A stretch of 56,308 nt of DNA, the filler included, from Sphacelaria rigidula (lineage: Eukaryota), in the NCBI GenBank assembly GCA_964200075.2. It is 4 parts of 4 records of this genome, joined end to end, with 100 filler letters (N's around TTAATTAATTAA, not from the genome) between each part and the next. Parts side by side here need not be neighbours in the genome. Positions count along the whole stretch, not along the records: positions 14,104 to 28,105 come from CAXNAA020002521.1; positions 28,206 to 42,207 come from CAXNAA020002522.1; 2 more parts are not named here. One strand, written 5' to 3'. Under the pieces are notes generated by a model that did no database searches, had not been told where the DNA came from, and was given only the letters and a program-made list of their open reading frames with translations. Below are positions 26,348-37,740 of the stretch, piece after piece (position 1 is the first letter of the stretch; each line of letters starts with the position of its first letter). A program made the position numbers and the translations under genes.

Positions 26348-26801
26348 ACGCACCTCTGTCAGTGACTCGTCCGGCGGAGAAGGAAGCGGTACAGACAAAA
26401 ACCGCGGAAACCGAGACAGACCCACAAGCCTCCGTCCAGCAATCGGGAAGTCGCTCCAGCTGAGTGACGCCGCCGCGGCGATACTCAACGCCATATCACC
26501 GGTGCCCGACGCCCCCCCACCAGAAGCAGCCCCGATGGGCGAGGGTAGCGCGGTTGTTAAGGCCTCGGACCATCAACGGTCAATTCCGCGTTGTAATACA
26601 GCACCGGCAGACGGTACTGGTAGCATGCCGCGCACGGGCAGCACTCTTGGCGTTAGCACTGAGGGTGGCGGTGACCGAGGTGGGGTTGGTATGACGGTGG
26701 CGGACGACCGTAAGGCGCCGCCGAAACGCTCCAGTAGTCTCGTGGTGGGTGGCATGCTATATCGACCAAAAGCATTGGATGTTCCGGTTGCGCAGAAGCA
26801 G
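26348..26801 (+). CDS. b561-b5 fusion gene exon, disordered tail (RTSVSDSSGGEG...KALDVPVAQKQ)
   Basis: CAG acceptor in phase 2 matches the previous donor phase. Open for 454 nt to a GTGACT donor in phase 0. Confidence 0.65.
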
Positions 26802-26971
26802 GTGACTCTTTTTCTGTCTTCATTTCCATGTACTGATATCCGTATCTGTTCGTGTGTGTAAATTGGGTTTTTTTGCTCGTGGCTTTTGTTGTTGCTGTTG
26901 CTCTCATCGTTTTCATTTTGATGTATTGGTATCCGTATTTATTGGTGTGTTTCAGAGTATTTTTGCTCGAG

Positions 26972-27153
<182 letters not shown>

Positions 27154-28105
27154 TCATCGTTGTCGATTTCTTTGTTCTCCTTCGATGATGATGCTGAATT
27201 TCTGTGCTGTGTTTTAACACGTCTGTGTTTTGGTCGCGTTTTGTTGCTCTGGCGACAATATAATGGTCTTGAAGAATGACGCGCTTGGTTTTCTGCTTCG
27301 TCTATACAAATATATTGTTTTTTTCTTCATATCTTTTCTTTTCCCCATCATACATGCATACGTGCACACCTAACGAACAGAAGTAACAGCAGAACCACCA
27401 CATTGTAGCTCACGGTTCGGCTTGTTGGTGTAGCACCTCCATCTCTACAAAGCTGACATCCGTCTCCGATGTATAAATACCTGTATATTGCAGCTTACTT
27501 CTCTCAATACGTTTTTTTTTTTATAGTGCGCTACCCTACATGCAGTTTCTTTTTGTTTTATCTGACTGACTGTGTGTCAATTATCACGCGTGTGCGATGA
27601 AATAAAAAACGTGGGCACTGCAGCAGCAGCAGCAGCAGCAGCAGCAGCCCTCCACCAGGCGCAGGTCGGTCACGGAGATGGCGCGCGGCGCGATGATGAG
27701 GGTTATGTCTATGGACGGCAGCATGACTAGCGGAAACGACACCGAAACCGAAGTATGTGCACGGCAATAGACGCAAATACTTGTGAAACTACTACTAGTC
27801 GATCAACGCTAGTGCAAAAGGGCAAAAAACAATTCGGTATGTTTTAGAACTATTGCATCTGGATACGCATCTGGATACTATCCCGTTTGAATGGATTCCA
27901 CGTATCAAATAGTACGTTCCCGCTCAATTTTGAGTACCACAGGCTCTATATATGTATATGTGTGTGTTACTCCCCCATGTTGAATTATACCCGGAATATA
28001 TTATCACTCGGGGATATTGTTCAGTCCGCGCGCGCGGGGGGGGGGGGGGGGGGGGGGCCACTTTTTTTTTTTTGTCTTTGTGGTTTTAACGTTCACCCCC
28101 CTCCC

Positions 28106-28205
28106 NNNNNNNNNNNNNNNNNNNNNNNNNNNNNNNNNNNNNNNNNNNNTTAATTAATTAANNNNNNNNNNNNNNNNNNNNNNNNNNNNNNNNNNNNNNN
28201 NNNNN
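28106..28205. other. Assembly gap with TTAATTAATTAA linker
   Basis: 44 N + linker + 44 N. Confidence 0.97.
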
Positions 28206-28329
28206 AAAAAAAAAAAAAAAAAGAAAAAAAAAGAAAAAAAAAAAAAAAAAAACAAAAAAGGGGGGGGGGGGGGGGGGGGGGAGAAAACAAATAAAAGAAA
28301 TGGCTGGTCTCTGCCGAACGGCTTCGGTG

Positions 28330-29250
28330 GAAAAGGTCTTGCGTAGAAACCACAGACATACCCGCTCGGGGAAAGCAAAAGGTCGTGGGGAGAGATTATG
28401 GCTCATCTTCAACGACCTCACTTTTTTTAGTATAAACCCTCTCATCCATGAACCCTACGGAGGGGAGATATCATACTGCTCTGGAATACACCTGCAGGGC
28501 AGGACACTGAGTGGATATCCGAGACGAACATGATATCCCAGATGGGCGTTGCGCGAGAACGCAACCGCCCCCTGCAGAAAGACCAAAGGTTGCCAGCCGG
28601 CTCTCGAAAAACGCTGGGGGAACCTTCTCCGGGCGAATCAACGTACCGTAGGGATTAATTAATCCCACGTAGGAGAGAGCGAAGGAAGTGGTTTGTTCGC
28701 GATGTTGAGGTCAAAGACTCACGAGGTTGGGTAACTACCGCTGAGGACGTGGGCAAGTTTGGTGCCTGGGGGTCGAGTAGACGGGGTGAAGGTGTTCGAG
28801 AAGGAACGGCAATGCAGTGTGACCCTCGCCAATTCGACCTACGTGCGAACCGTGAAGACTGCTACTGTACGTTTGAGAGTCGTTCAGAGTCGTCGGGGGG
28901 ACAGCCGCTATGGCTGACATGAAAATGGTAAAAACAGCTCGCGAGGAACCAGTGCTGAATGATCCAGAGAGTAACTCACTTTGCCCCTGACTAGGAATGG
29001 GGGAGGGGAGGGGGACGAATCACACGGGAACTGATATCCCCGTCGTATCTTGTCGGTTACTACCTTCTTCTCTTGGCTTGTAGCTATAGCTCTATTCCCT
29101 ATTAATGGTTCGACGGTCCGTTCTCGTTCTGCTTCTTTTTTTTCCTGCATTCATTTTCTCTGTTTCCCTGCTGCTCTTCCTTTCTTTTCTCTTTTCCCCC
29201 CATCGTTCCCGTCCATACACCATGCTTCCTCTCTTCCTCGTGTTACGTAG
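28330..29250 (+). mobile_element. Degenerate RTE LINE 3' part
   Basis: Broken frames ISYCSG.., QRLPAGSR and GWVTTAEDVGKFG match the RTE C-terminus (compare DWVTAAKNMGKW at 51122), followed by a T-rich 3' UTR. Confidence 0.5.
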
Positions 29251-29783
29251 TCCCCTGCTTTTCGCCCCGTCCTTTTCTTTTTTTTTTGCGTTTTTTGCTC
29301 GTTTAGGAATTGCAAAAGTGCTGCTGCATTCGTGTTCTTGCTCTCCCCCCTGCAGAGAATGACGACTGACAGTTTGTACCAGATGGTGCAGTCGAAAGAT
29401 TGCTGAGTCGCAACGTGCTTCCACCACGTCGTTGGTTTATGTATGTCCTCCATCCCCGCAGCCCTGGCAAGGAAGGGCCTGTCAGGTATTTTCTAGAGAC
29501 CGGTGCTAACTATTAGCTGGCAGCTCCATCAATTCACTGTTTACTATTTCTGCTTCCTCCTTCCTTGTTCATCATTCTTTGCTTTTTCTTCCAGTTTTCC
29601 GTCTGCGAGTGCCTCCGTGTGTGCATCTCAGGCACGTCCACCGTGCGGCTACTGCAGGATTCGTAGCGGAACATGTGCTTGCAGTGTGGGACAATCGAGC
29701 CGCGATGCGATCAGCCCAACGACGCAATCTGCAAGTGACTGGTAGCATTTCATACTAGCAAAATAGTCGGGCTCTTTCCACAC

Positions 29784-29977
29784 ACGACGGCGAGGATACC
29801 AACTCGTGAGATGAGAAACCCAATGTACGCACAGTGCACGATATAACACAGAGGGGGGAGTCTGCCGCAGAACTGTGTGTGTACGACGGCGAGGATACCA
29901 TCTCGTGAGATGAGAAACCCAATGTACGCACAGTGCACAATATAACAGAGAGGGGGGAATCTGCCGCAGAACTGTGT
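29784..29977. repeat. Near-perfect tandem duplication, period 99 bp
   Basis: ACGACGGCGAGGATACCA...CTGCCGCAGAACTGTGT begins at 29784 and 29883, with few substitutions. Confidence 0.92.
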
Positions 29978-30431
29978 AAGTGCCGTCTTGCATACAATGC
30001 CTTTGCATTTGCAGTGATCTTTGTGAACATAGGCATTTGCTCTAAAAGATCCAGATCGTAGGCGCAGCTATGTCTCCACAACCACCACCACTCACCGCTC
30101 CTTTTTAGTGAGAGGATCGCTGTTAGGGCTGAACCTCGTCTCGCACAGGTGCCACCCCAACTCTACAGCCACTTGACGAACAACTGCGTATTCACACTGC
30201 GTACAAGGAGAGGAAAGGTTATGCATCGAGGGACGGAAAGTTCTCGTACTTTTGAAAAACGAACGTAAAATATTATATCAGGTCGAAACTCTCATTTGAG
30301 GAACCTGACTGCACGAGGACCTCTGGTGCTTCAAACCATTCGCGTGACTCCCCCGCGACCAATTATCGCCGTGTCTACTGTGTGACAAGCCAATCCAACC
30401 GTAGCTTACAGTTCTACACGAAATCACGTCG

Positions 30432-30569
30432 TCAGCCCTCTCTGCCGCTTCGCATATCTATTCCCGTCCAATCGCGCATCCCGACTCGAAGACAACGCGT
30501 TCCCTGTCCCTGAAGAAGTAGCGCCGTACCCGACAAGTGCGAAGCACCGTGACGGGGACGTTTGGGCGG
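30432..30569 (-). CDS. Gene B, putative terminal exon (PPKRPRHG...RSGREG*)
   Basis: T-rich tract and TAG acceptor, phase 0, in-frame TGA at 30434-30432. Confidence 0.45.
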   Translation of the reverse strand, partial: PPKRPRHGASHLSGTALLLQGQGTRCLRVGMRDWTGIDMRSGREG

Positions 30570-30644
30570 CTATTCATTGTAAAAAACGACAACGTCGACA
30601 CCGTTCAATCACACCGTAACATGGCAGCATGCAGTGATCGTCGT

Positions 30645-30681
<37 letters not shown>

Positions 30682-30951
30682 TCTGCCTTCTAAATGAGCT
30701 AAAATGGCGTAAAACCAGCTTGCGCGCAGTCTCACCAAGGCACTCCCTGTGTAGCTACCTACTACTGCAGCACCACTATGCTCTCAACCGTGAATCTATC
30801 GTCCAAAACGGAAAAGGTCAAGCACGTCATTGTATAATGACCACATACTACAGACGTCTTGACTCCTTCGGCTTTTTGAAGTACTTTCAAAATTCAGTAC
30901 AACACGGTGCACCATGCACATACTACGTGTACCGAGGCGAGATAAACTTAC

Positions 30952-31986
30952 GCGGCTGGTGTTCATCACGATAGGACCGGGAGCCCTCGACCGCCGTCGC
31001 CGCCGTCGCCCTTGAGCTACCTCCGCACCTTCTGTTCCCTCCTCCTCCCCCTCTCCCTCAACTTCATCAGCTTCCTCCGCAGCCCTGCCTGTGTCTGTCT
31101 CATTTTCTCGACCACTCCGTTCAGTTCCCGCATCCCCACGGCCTTCGGCGTTCCCCTCGGTAATCACCCCGTCTCCCCCTGAAGATTCCGTGCACTCCTC
31201 GACAGCAGCAGTCCCCGTGCTGAGACTTGCCGTTTCTGATGGCTCTACCGCCGACCCAGCATCCGCTTGACCCCCGTCTCCGACGTCGGGCAACCGCGAT
31301 CGCCGACCTTCGGTTGAGGCAACAGTGGCGGTCGATGTCAACCGGGGTGTCTTACTGTGCAGTCGCGATCGCAATCGCGATGGACGCCGTACCGTCTGTG
31401 TACCTGTTTCGCCACCGACGGTGGGAGAGTTTTCCGCGCTACCTCCGTCACCGTTGTCGCTGCTACTCCGACAAGTAGGGGTCTTTGCGCTAGATCTTCT
31501 CCTCCGCCGCCTGGTGGCTTCAGCGGCGTCGCCCTGCAAACTATCTGTCGTCGATGACTGTGTCGCTATCGGTGCTGTTGATGGTCGTGATGATGATGAT
31601 GATGATGATTCCCGACGGCCGACGTTCCCAAGAGGATGTTGATGTGTCGCTGTATTATCGACTTTCGTCGAGTGGTTCCTGGAACTGCCTGCGCTTCCCC
31701 CGTGGCTTTCGGAATTTGCGCTACTTCCGCGGGACAAGTCGCTGGTGCCACGGCGGGTGCTGCCGGCATCGTACTGCCGGTTCCCATTAGGTGGTGTTTG
31801 TCGCCCCTCGGTGTCTGAGTCGTTCGAATCGTCCTCGGTAAAGAGATCGGCGAGATAGGTGGGGGTCAAGCGTAAAATCGATAGGCGATTTTCCTCCTTG
31901 GGGAGCAATAGCGCAAACGTGGGGCAATATCGTGGTGGGGAGGAACCGCGATAACGGTGGGGGGGGGCGTACGACGCCGGTATCAG
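30952..31986 (-). CDS. Gene B exon (LIPASYAPPHRY...LRLTPTYLADLF, then a long disordered S/E/R-rich region)
   Basis: Polypyrimidine tract and AAG acceptor, GTAAGT donor, 1035 nt, phase 0/0, inside ORF 30796-32058. Confidence 0.72.
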
Positions 31987-32199
31987 CTTAGGAACAGTAA
32001 AATTCAACAAAGTGCGAGAATGAATGAGGGTACGTCTCTTCTCCCCTGCTCGTCTCATGGCCGTGAAACAGGAACCACGTTCTGCATCGCAAGAGATTCA
32101 ATAATAGCCAAATTAGGTAGAGCGATGTGAACGCGGTATGTCAAGGCATACCCTGCTTGATGCGGAGGAGTCACACTTCAGTGCATATTCCGCACGTAC

Positions 32200-32336
32200 C
32201 TCGCGCTCCGCCTCCTCCTCCCCTGCGTACTGCTCCACTCCTTTCCGATTTACTCCTAGTTCACGAGCTAGAGTTTTGTCCAGGCGCTGCTGCTGCTCGA
32301 CTGATACGCGCCTGGCACCCCCGAACATGCTCCTCC
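32200..32336 (-). CDS. Gene B exon (RSMFGGARRVSVEQQQRLDKTLARELG...EEEAERE)
   Basis: CAG acceptor in phase 1, GTACGT donor in phase 0. Phases match both neighbouring exons. Confidence 0.72.
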
Positions 32337-32452
32337 CTGTCAACAAATGGCGGGGTGCGTCAGCTGAACATTTCCTGGCTTTCCTTCTGGCAAGTCCATC
32401 ATCGAGTCACTGCACTACTGTATTCCCCTCGATAGTCTACTCTAGAAGAACC

Positions 32453-32863
32453 CGGTTGCCCCGGTGGCTCAGTTGGCAACCTCGAAACCTTCTGACGGTT
32501 GGGTCGTGGGTTCGAATCTCGGAGCGATCTGGAATTTTTCATACACAATGCCTAACAGTGGAGAGCGACCATGTAGTGGGTACACAAAAATCGACTCAAG
32601 TCGACGAGTGGAAGGGACTGCTGAACCCCTCTCGCGATAAAAATAAAGGACAAGCACCGCAGAAGGAAGGTGGAGAGCAAAAATCAACAAAAAAGAAAAA
32701 CCTCCTGTGTTGGCCTTCCTCCTTTGTGATCCTGGCCGGTGCGCCCACATACACCGAAAGCTGTAGACCGGCGCCCAGAAGAGATGCGAAGACAACACAT
32801 GCACAAGAACTCATTCCCCGAATAAAATGACCTGCGTAGAAGAAGGAATGGCGCATGGACGAG
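32453..32863 (+). mobile_element. tRNA-derived SINE (family B) of about 410 bp with a 15-bp target-site duplication
   Basis: Pol III A box TGGCTCAGTTGG and B box GGTTCGAATC at the 5' end. Flanked by TACTCTAGAAGAACC (32438-32452) and TACACTAGAAGAACC (32864-32878). Other copies at 8030-8380 and 42309-42385. Confidence 0.82.
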
Positions 32864-32884
32864 TACACTAGAAGAACCACTTAC

Positions 32885-34216
32885 TTGGCACATCATTGCG
32901 AATGCCGTTGTGGGTATCGTGGAAGGACCGCCGTGACACACCGGTCGACAGCCCATCACCACCGCTGCCGCCATCGCCGCCGCCGCTGCCGCCATCGCAA
33001 TTATCAATTGCCGCCTTCCCGAAGCTGCTGGATCCCAGAGAGCCATCATCTTCCTGAATAAACGAGGCTGCTGTGTCGTCGCCCTCGTCATCGCCCTTTC
33101 CGTCCGACAGTGGAGGCGACCGCGTGATTATTTCGCTTCTTCCTCGGGTATCTTCAATAAATCTACTTGCTACGTCGCCTCCCTTTGTTGGCAGTATGTT
33201 TGTGGTTTCGTTATCATCCCGGTGCTCGTTAATCTGATCATTTAGCCCCTGGTCTAAAACAGCCGCCCCCTTGAGATACCCCGTCTCGTGACATCGGTCG
33301 CTGCTACACCGTGTGTATGCAACGTCTCCCGCGCACAGTTTTTCGGGGGGGAAACCTTGCTGTTCCCCTGCCCTTCGTGTTTGTTGAGGTTCTCCTTGCT
33401 TCTTGGACAACACGTTTCCTTCTGTTTTTCGCGAACCGAGGCTAGTATCAATGACTAGGCTGTTACGACGGTCAGCCATAGTCACGTGGCCGACTGCAGC
33501 TGCTACACCCGCAACATCCATGAGTTTTTCTCGGCTTGCCCTGCCGTTTGCATCGCACGATTTCGTGTCGCCAGCAACCACCGCAACCAGTTCTTCTCCG
33601 CGTCCAACCCCAGACAACATCTCTGTGTCCTTTTCAACGACGATAGCACCAGCAAGTTCATGATTATTAGACGATGCTGGCGCCGACCCACCGAGCGCCG
33701 CCACCGCTTCCACTAATGCAGTGGGATCAACAACATAACTGCTGTCATTTTGATGCTGCAACGACATGCTTAGACGTCGGCCTTCCAATGCCCCGGCGTC
33801 TTGCGCATCATTGTGCTCCGTGGAGGACCGTACGATTGCTGTGGTGAAAGGTGGGCCGTTCTCACGGCCTCCAGATATTGCGGATTGGCATCTGACGATC
33901 ACCCGGCGTTGGGCACAAGAAGAACCGGTCAGCCCTATCTCAGTGTCTTCGTCTACGGCATGCGGCCGTTGTTCTAGCAACCGCACCTGATCTCCCCGCT
34001 CCACTCGTTGTTCGGAATCGGGCCCCAGGCCGTCACTACACAATGACGAGGTGTGCTCGGCAGGCACCTCTACGCATGCCAAGTCATCGGGAAGGAATGA
34101 GCTTCCCCCCTGGTACTCGAAGGTCGTCCGTTCGCCCGACAATCCAGCTGTTTGCACTACTGCCGTAGTACTGCTTGTTGCGGCGACAGTTTGGTGCTGT
34201 TCGGCAGTCGAGCTAT
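32885..34216 (-). CDS. Gene B large exon, low-complexity and disordered; upstream exons unresolved
   Basis: Inside 478-aa ORF 32868-34304. Candidate acceptor ..CCGTACCCAG, GTAAGT donor at 32884 in phase 1, matching the next exon. Confidence 0.68.
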
Positions 34217-37200
34217 CTGGGTACGGAGCAATTAAAGATGTGGCACGAGCAAGTCCGAAAACGATTGTTTTTCGGGTGTGCTGCACGTTCGAGGGGAGCG
34301 GCACCCAGGGTCACCGACCGTTGAACTCTTTGCCACGAAGAGTTTGGCACATTTAGAGGACGAGCATTGTATAACAAAATCAAGAGAGGAAGTGGTGGTC
34401 CATGGGCATACACAGACTCAAATGGGCTGCCTCGCAGTCAAACGGTTGGGGCACGTGGGGACGGGACAATTTGGTCTCGCAGCCCATACATAGGTGCTGT
34501 ACTGTCCACACGAGATGTCTTCTCTGTGCCTGGTCTCTAATTGATGAAAATGTGCCGCCCATGACGCGATCGAGCGTGCACACAATCTGTGATCAATCCC
34601 AAGACCTCGTGTCTTGTGAAGCAATCGAACAAAATGACGCATACGAGGGCACATTGATATTTTCAACGCTACATAGTGAGGGCTCTGCTGCAATACTTGT
34701 ATGTATGCTCTCCCGTAAAACATGTGCTCGTCTTCTCCGCGGGTCAAACAGTATCACGTAATGCCGTTGCGTGGATGAAGACAATCAGGGACTTGATGTG
34801 ATCTCATGCTTCTTGTTGCTCTACCATCTTGTGTTGTGCCGGCAGGGGCGCCATCGATCATTGCGACAGTGCGGTCCTTATTCGTAGATCGTAGCAGCAC
34901 CAACTAGTGCCTTCCATTGCTAGCGCAGCGACGATGGGTAGTAATGCTGGGGCTAAGTTACCTGCACCTATGCAGTGTGGGTAGAAACGCTGACGCTAAA
35001 TTAGCGGGGTAATAAAAATTTGAGAAAGTAACCGAAACGAACTGGAACGCCTCCTTGAAACAAGAGTGACAAATATCTTCCTGTGCACACCACAGAGAGT
35101 GAATGGAGACAGTACAGCGTATATGACAGATCAAGATCTGAATAAAGTGGACGCATAGTGATGATTTGGAAGAGAGGGAAGAAGGTGGTGGCAGCGAATG
35201 GTGTGCCTCCCTAACTGCGCTTACTCCCCATGCAGTTTTTGCGGCGATGTAAATGAGCTCATGCGGATGGAGGAACCGCATCCTGGTTTAGGGACGGCGA
35301 GACAAGGGTCTGTTGAGAGAACAAAATCGGACACGGAACCCCTCCTCCCCTCCCCGGAGAGCATTTTTCCGAAAATTGTCATGATTTTTTTTCTTTCTTG
35401 TGAATTTTTTATTCTATTTTCAATTTGTTGAAATAAAAGTTACATCCAAAACTAATTAATTAAAGGATGATTGAGGATGGATGGTTGGATGGATTGTATT
35501 TTTTGGACAGAGGGGAAGACAAAAATTATTGATCAACACTAGTAACAAAAACCGAAAAGTCTGGTGGCTTTGCGAGGTTCGTATATTTGCTTCTGCTCCT
35601 TGCCCGCCCTCTCCCGATGATCTCGGATGCCGGCAACGCTCACACACATCTATCTATGTACAATACACGAGCGCACGGTAGCGATAGCCTGTATCCAAAG
35701 TAGCAACATTATCTGACTGACGCCTTGACGAATTTGCCCGGAATACTGTACTACAGTAATGATGAATAGCCGAGGCACACGACTTGGAATATGATCCCAT
35801 GAATGTGATCACGGTCGGTGATGAACTTGGAGGGGCGGTGTGTCCGTCATCTCAGCGGTTTCCATGCCAAGGATCTCAGTACACGGCAGCCGACCGCATC
35901 CGCCAAGGCCTCGGCAATAAACTGGGGGACAGCAGGCTGGGAGCCTACTCCCCCCTCAAAACCTCGAATTTTCGATCTTGGGGCCTAGTAGTGTATCACG
36001 AAATATGTTTTTGACAGACTAGTGGGCGAGAGGGTAATTCCTGTGCTCGTCAAGGACACACTACTACTGCAGCTGCTTTGTTCTTCACACGAAAAAGAGA
36101 CCTATAGCATGAACCCTTTAATCACCACGGGTGCGCCATCCAAGTCTCACAATTATCCAAGTGGAAATGATGCCGATGTAGCACGTCACCTACCCTGGTG
36201 GTTAAAGGGTTCAGAATTGTGTACTGTATCGTGTCGTGAATAAGACGCAGAAAGTATAACACTGTAAACATTTTCCCCCCTCAATTTTTCCTCAGGAAAT
36301 TGGAGTAAAGAAACGGGGTTTAGTTCAAGGGCGTGCGATAATCCTCCGTAGCGTAATAGGAAAGGTGTACATGTATATATTGTTCACCACCCAACATTAT
36401 CCAAGACACGAAATCCTGACCCAAATGAGTATTTTTTTGTAAGCAGGAAACTTCTGTATACAAAAGAGTGGGAGCACACTCATCGCTTGGGATAACGAAG
36501 CAGCAACAACTTTTGGGTACCTACATGCAATAAGTTGACTCCTCCCCTCTGGGAAGGTGCCATAAATTCCGAACCCCGTTGTCGATTTTTTGCGACGCTC
36601 TTGAAGCCAAACTCACTCTTGTATCTTCTTTCACAACTGATTTCCGCCCCAAAGCGAGAGCATGCAGACCACCTCCTCTTTGTTGATCACCTGGCACCAC
36701 TAGCTATCGGTAAAAATTTACCATCCGGATCACACATGACTCTATATCCCAGCTGCTTCACACAGAGTCCCGCAACTGGTCTGGGCATTGACCATGGTAC
36801 ACACAAACTTGGAATTTACATCCATTTCGCAGTTAATGACACCGTTTTTCGTTGCACCTTCACTATACATCAGCATCACCCACACCCTCTTCGAACAATC
36901 CACCTGTCAAGTACATACACAACGCGCTGAAATGCGAGTGAGCCTTGCGCTCCTTCACCACTATACGCCGTACCACCACCACAATTGTTTTGTCCAAACC
37001 CTAGTAAATTCTGGTGCGTGAATCGTAATAATGTGAGGATGTGTCTTCCGCTACAACCACGGGGTAGTCTAATACTATATTCAAAACCCAGTCTTCCGAC
37101 ACAATTAGAAGGAGATTGGGCAGGAGGTACAAAAATGTGACTCAGGAACCACATGACCGCCGACATCTCCACTTTCATAGTATTGAGAACCCAACCGCTA

Positions 37201-37740
37201 TACAACAATGGGCGAGCGAGTAAGCGCGACTGGCTTCAAACAATCAAGGAAAAAATCAGCACCTGCAACACCACCACGAGCAAAAAAGTAAATGCGCAAA
37301 ACAAACAAACCGTAGGATCAGCCGACTGTTGTCACCCGCCTTTCAAGAAAACAAGCGCCCCCCGATATCCACAATACCAAGACATGTCAGGCACAAGTAA
37401 CAAAAAAAACGAGTAAAAAACGAGGAGTAAACAAAATGCAAGAGTTTAAACAAGAAATGGGCACACGCACACGCACACGCACACGCACAAGCACAAGCAC
37501 ATCGCGTGTCCGCATTCAAACATCAGGGTCAGCTCATTCTCGTCACGAAAAAGAATCAGACGGAGATACAATCAACACATGCCGAGAAGCTGCCAGTTTC
37601 TATAAAAACAAGCAACACGACAAAGGGGGCCACAATCTAGTAGGTGATGACAACAAACCTTATGTGCGGGGTGCTATCAATGTAGTTATTATTCCTACAC
37701 GTAAAATAATGACATTTCAAACAACAAGCTCATAACGATA

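Noticed and set aside
27381..27476. Terminal exon of the b561-b5 gene
   Set aside because: Several adjacent AG acceptors give either an immediate stop (K*) or a 27-28 aa tail; the sequence alone cannot decide between them.
32458..32530. tRNA gene
   Set aside because: A and B boxes are present, but the D, anticodon and acceptor stems do not pair. It is the head of a repeated element with a TSD.
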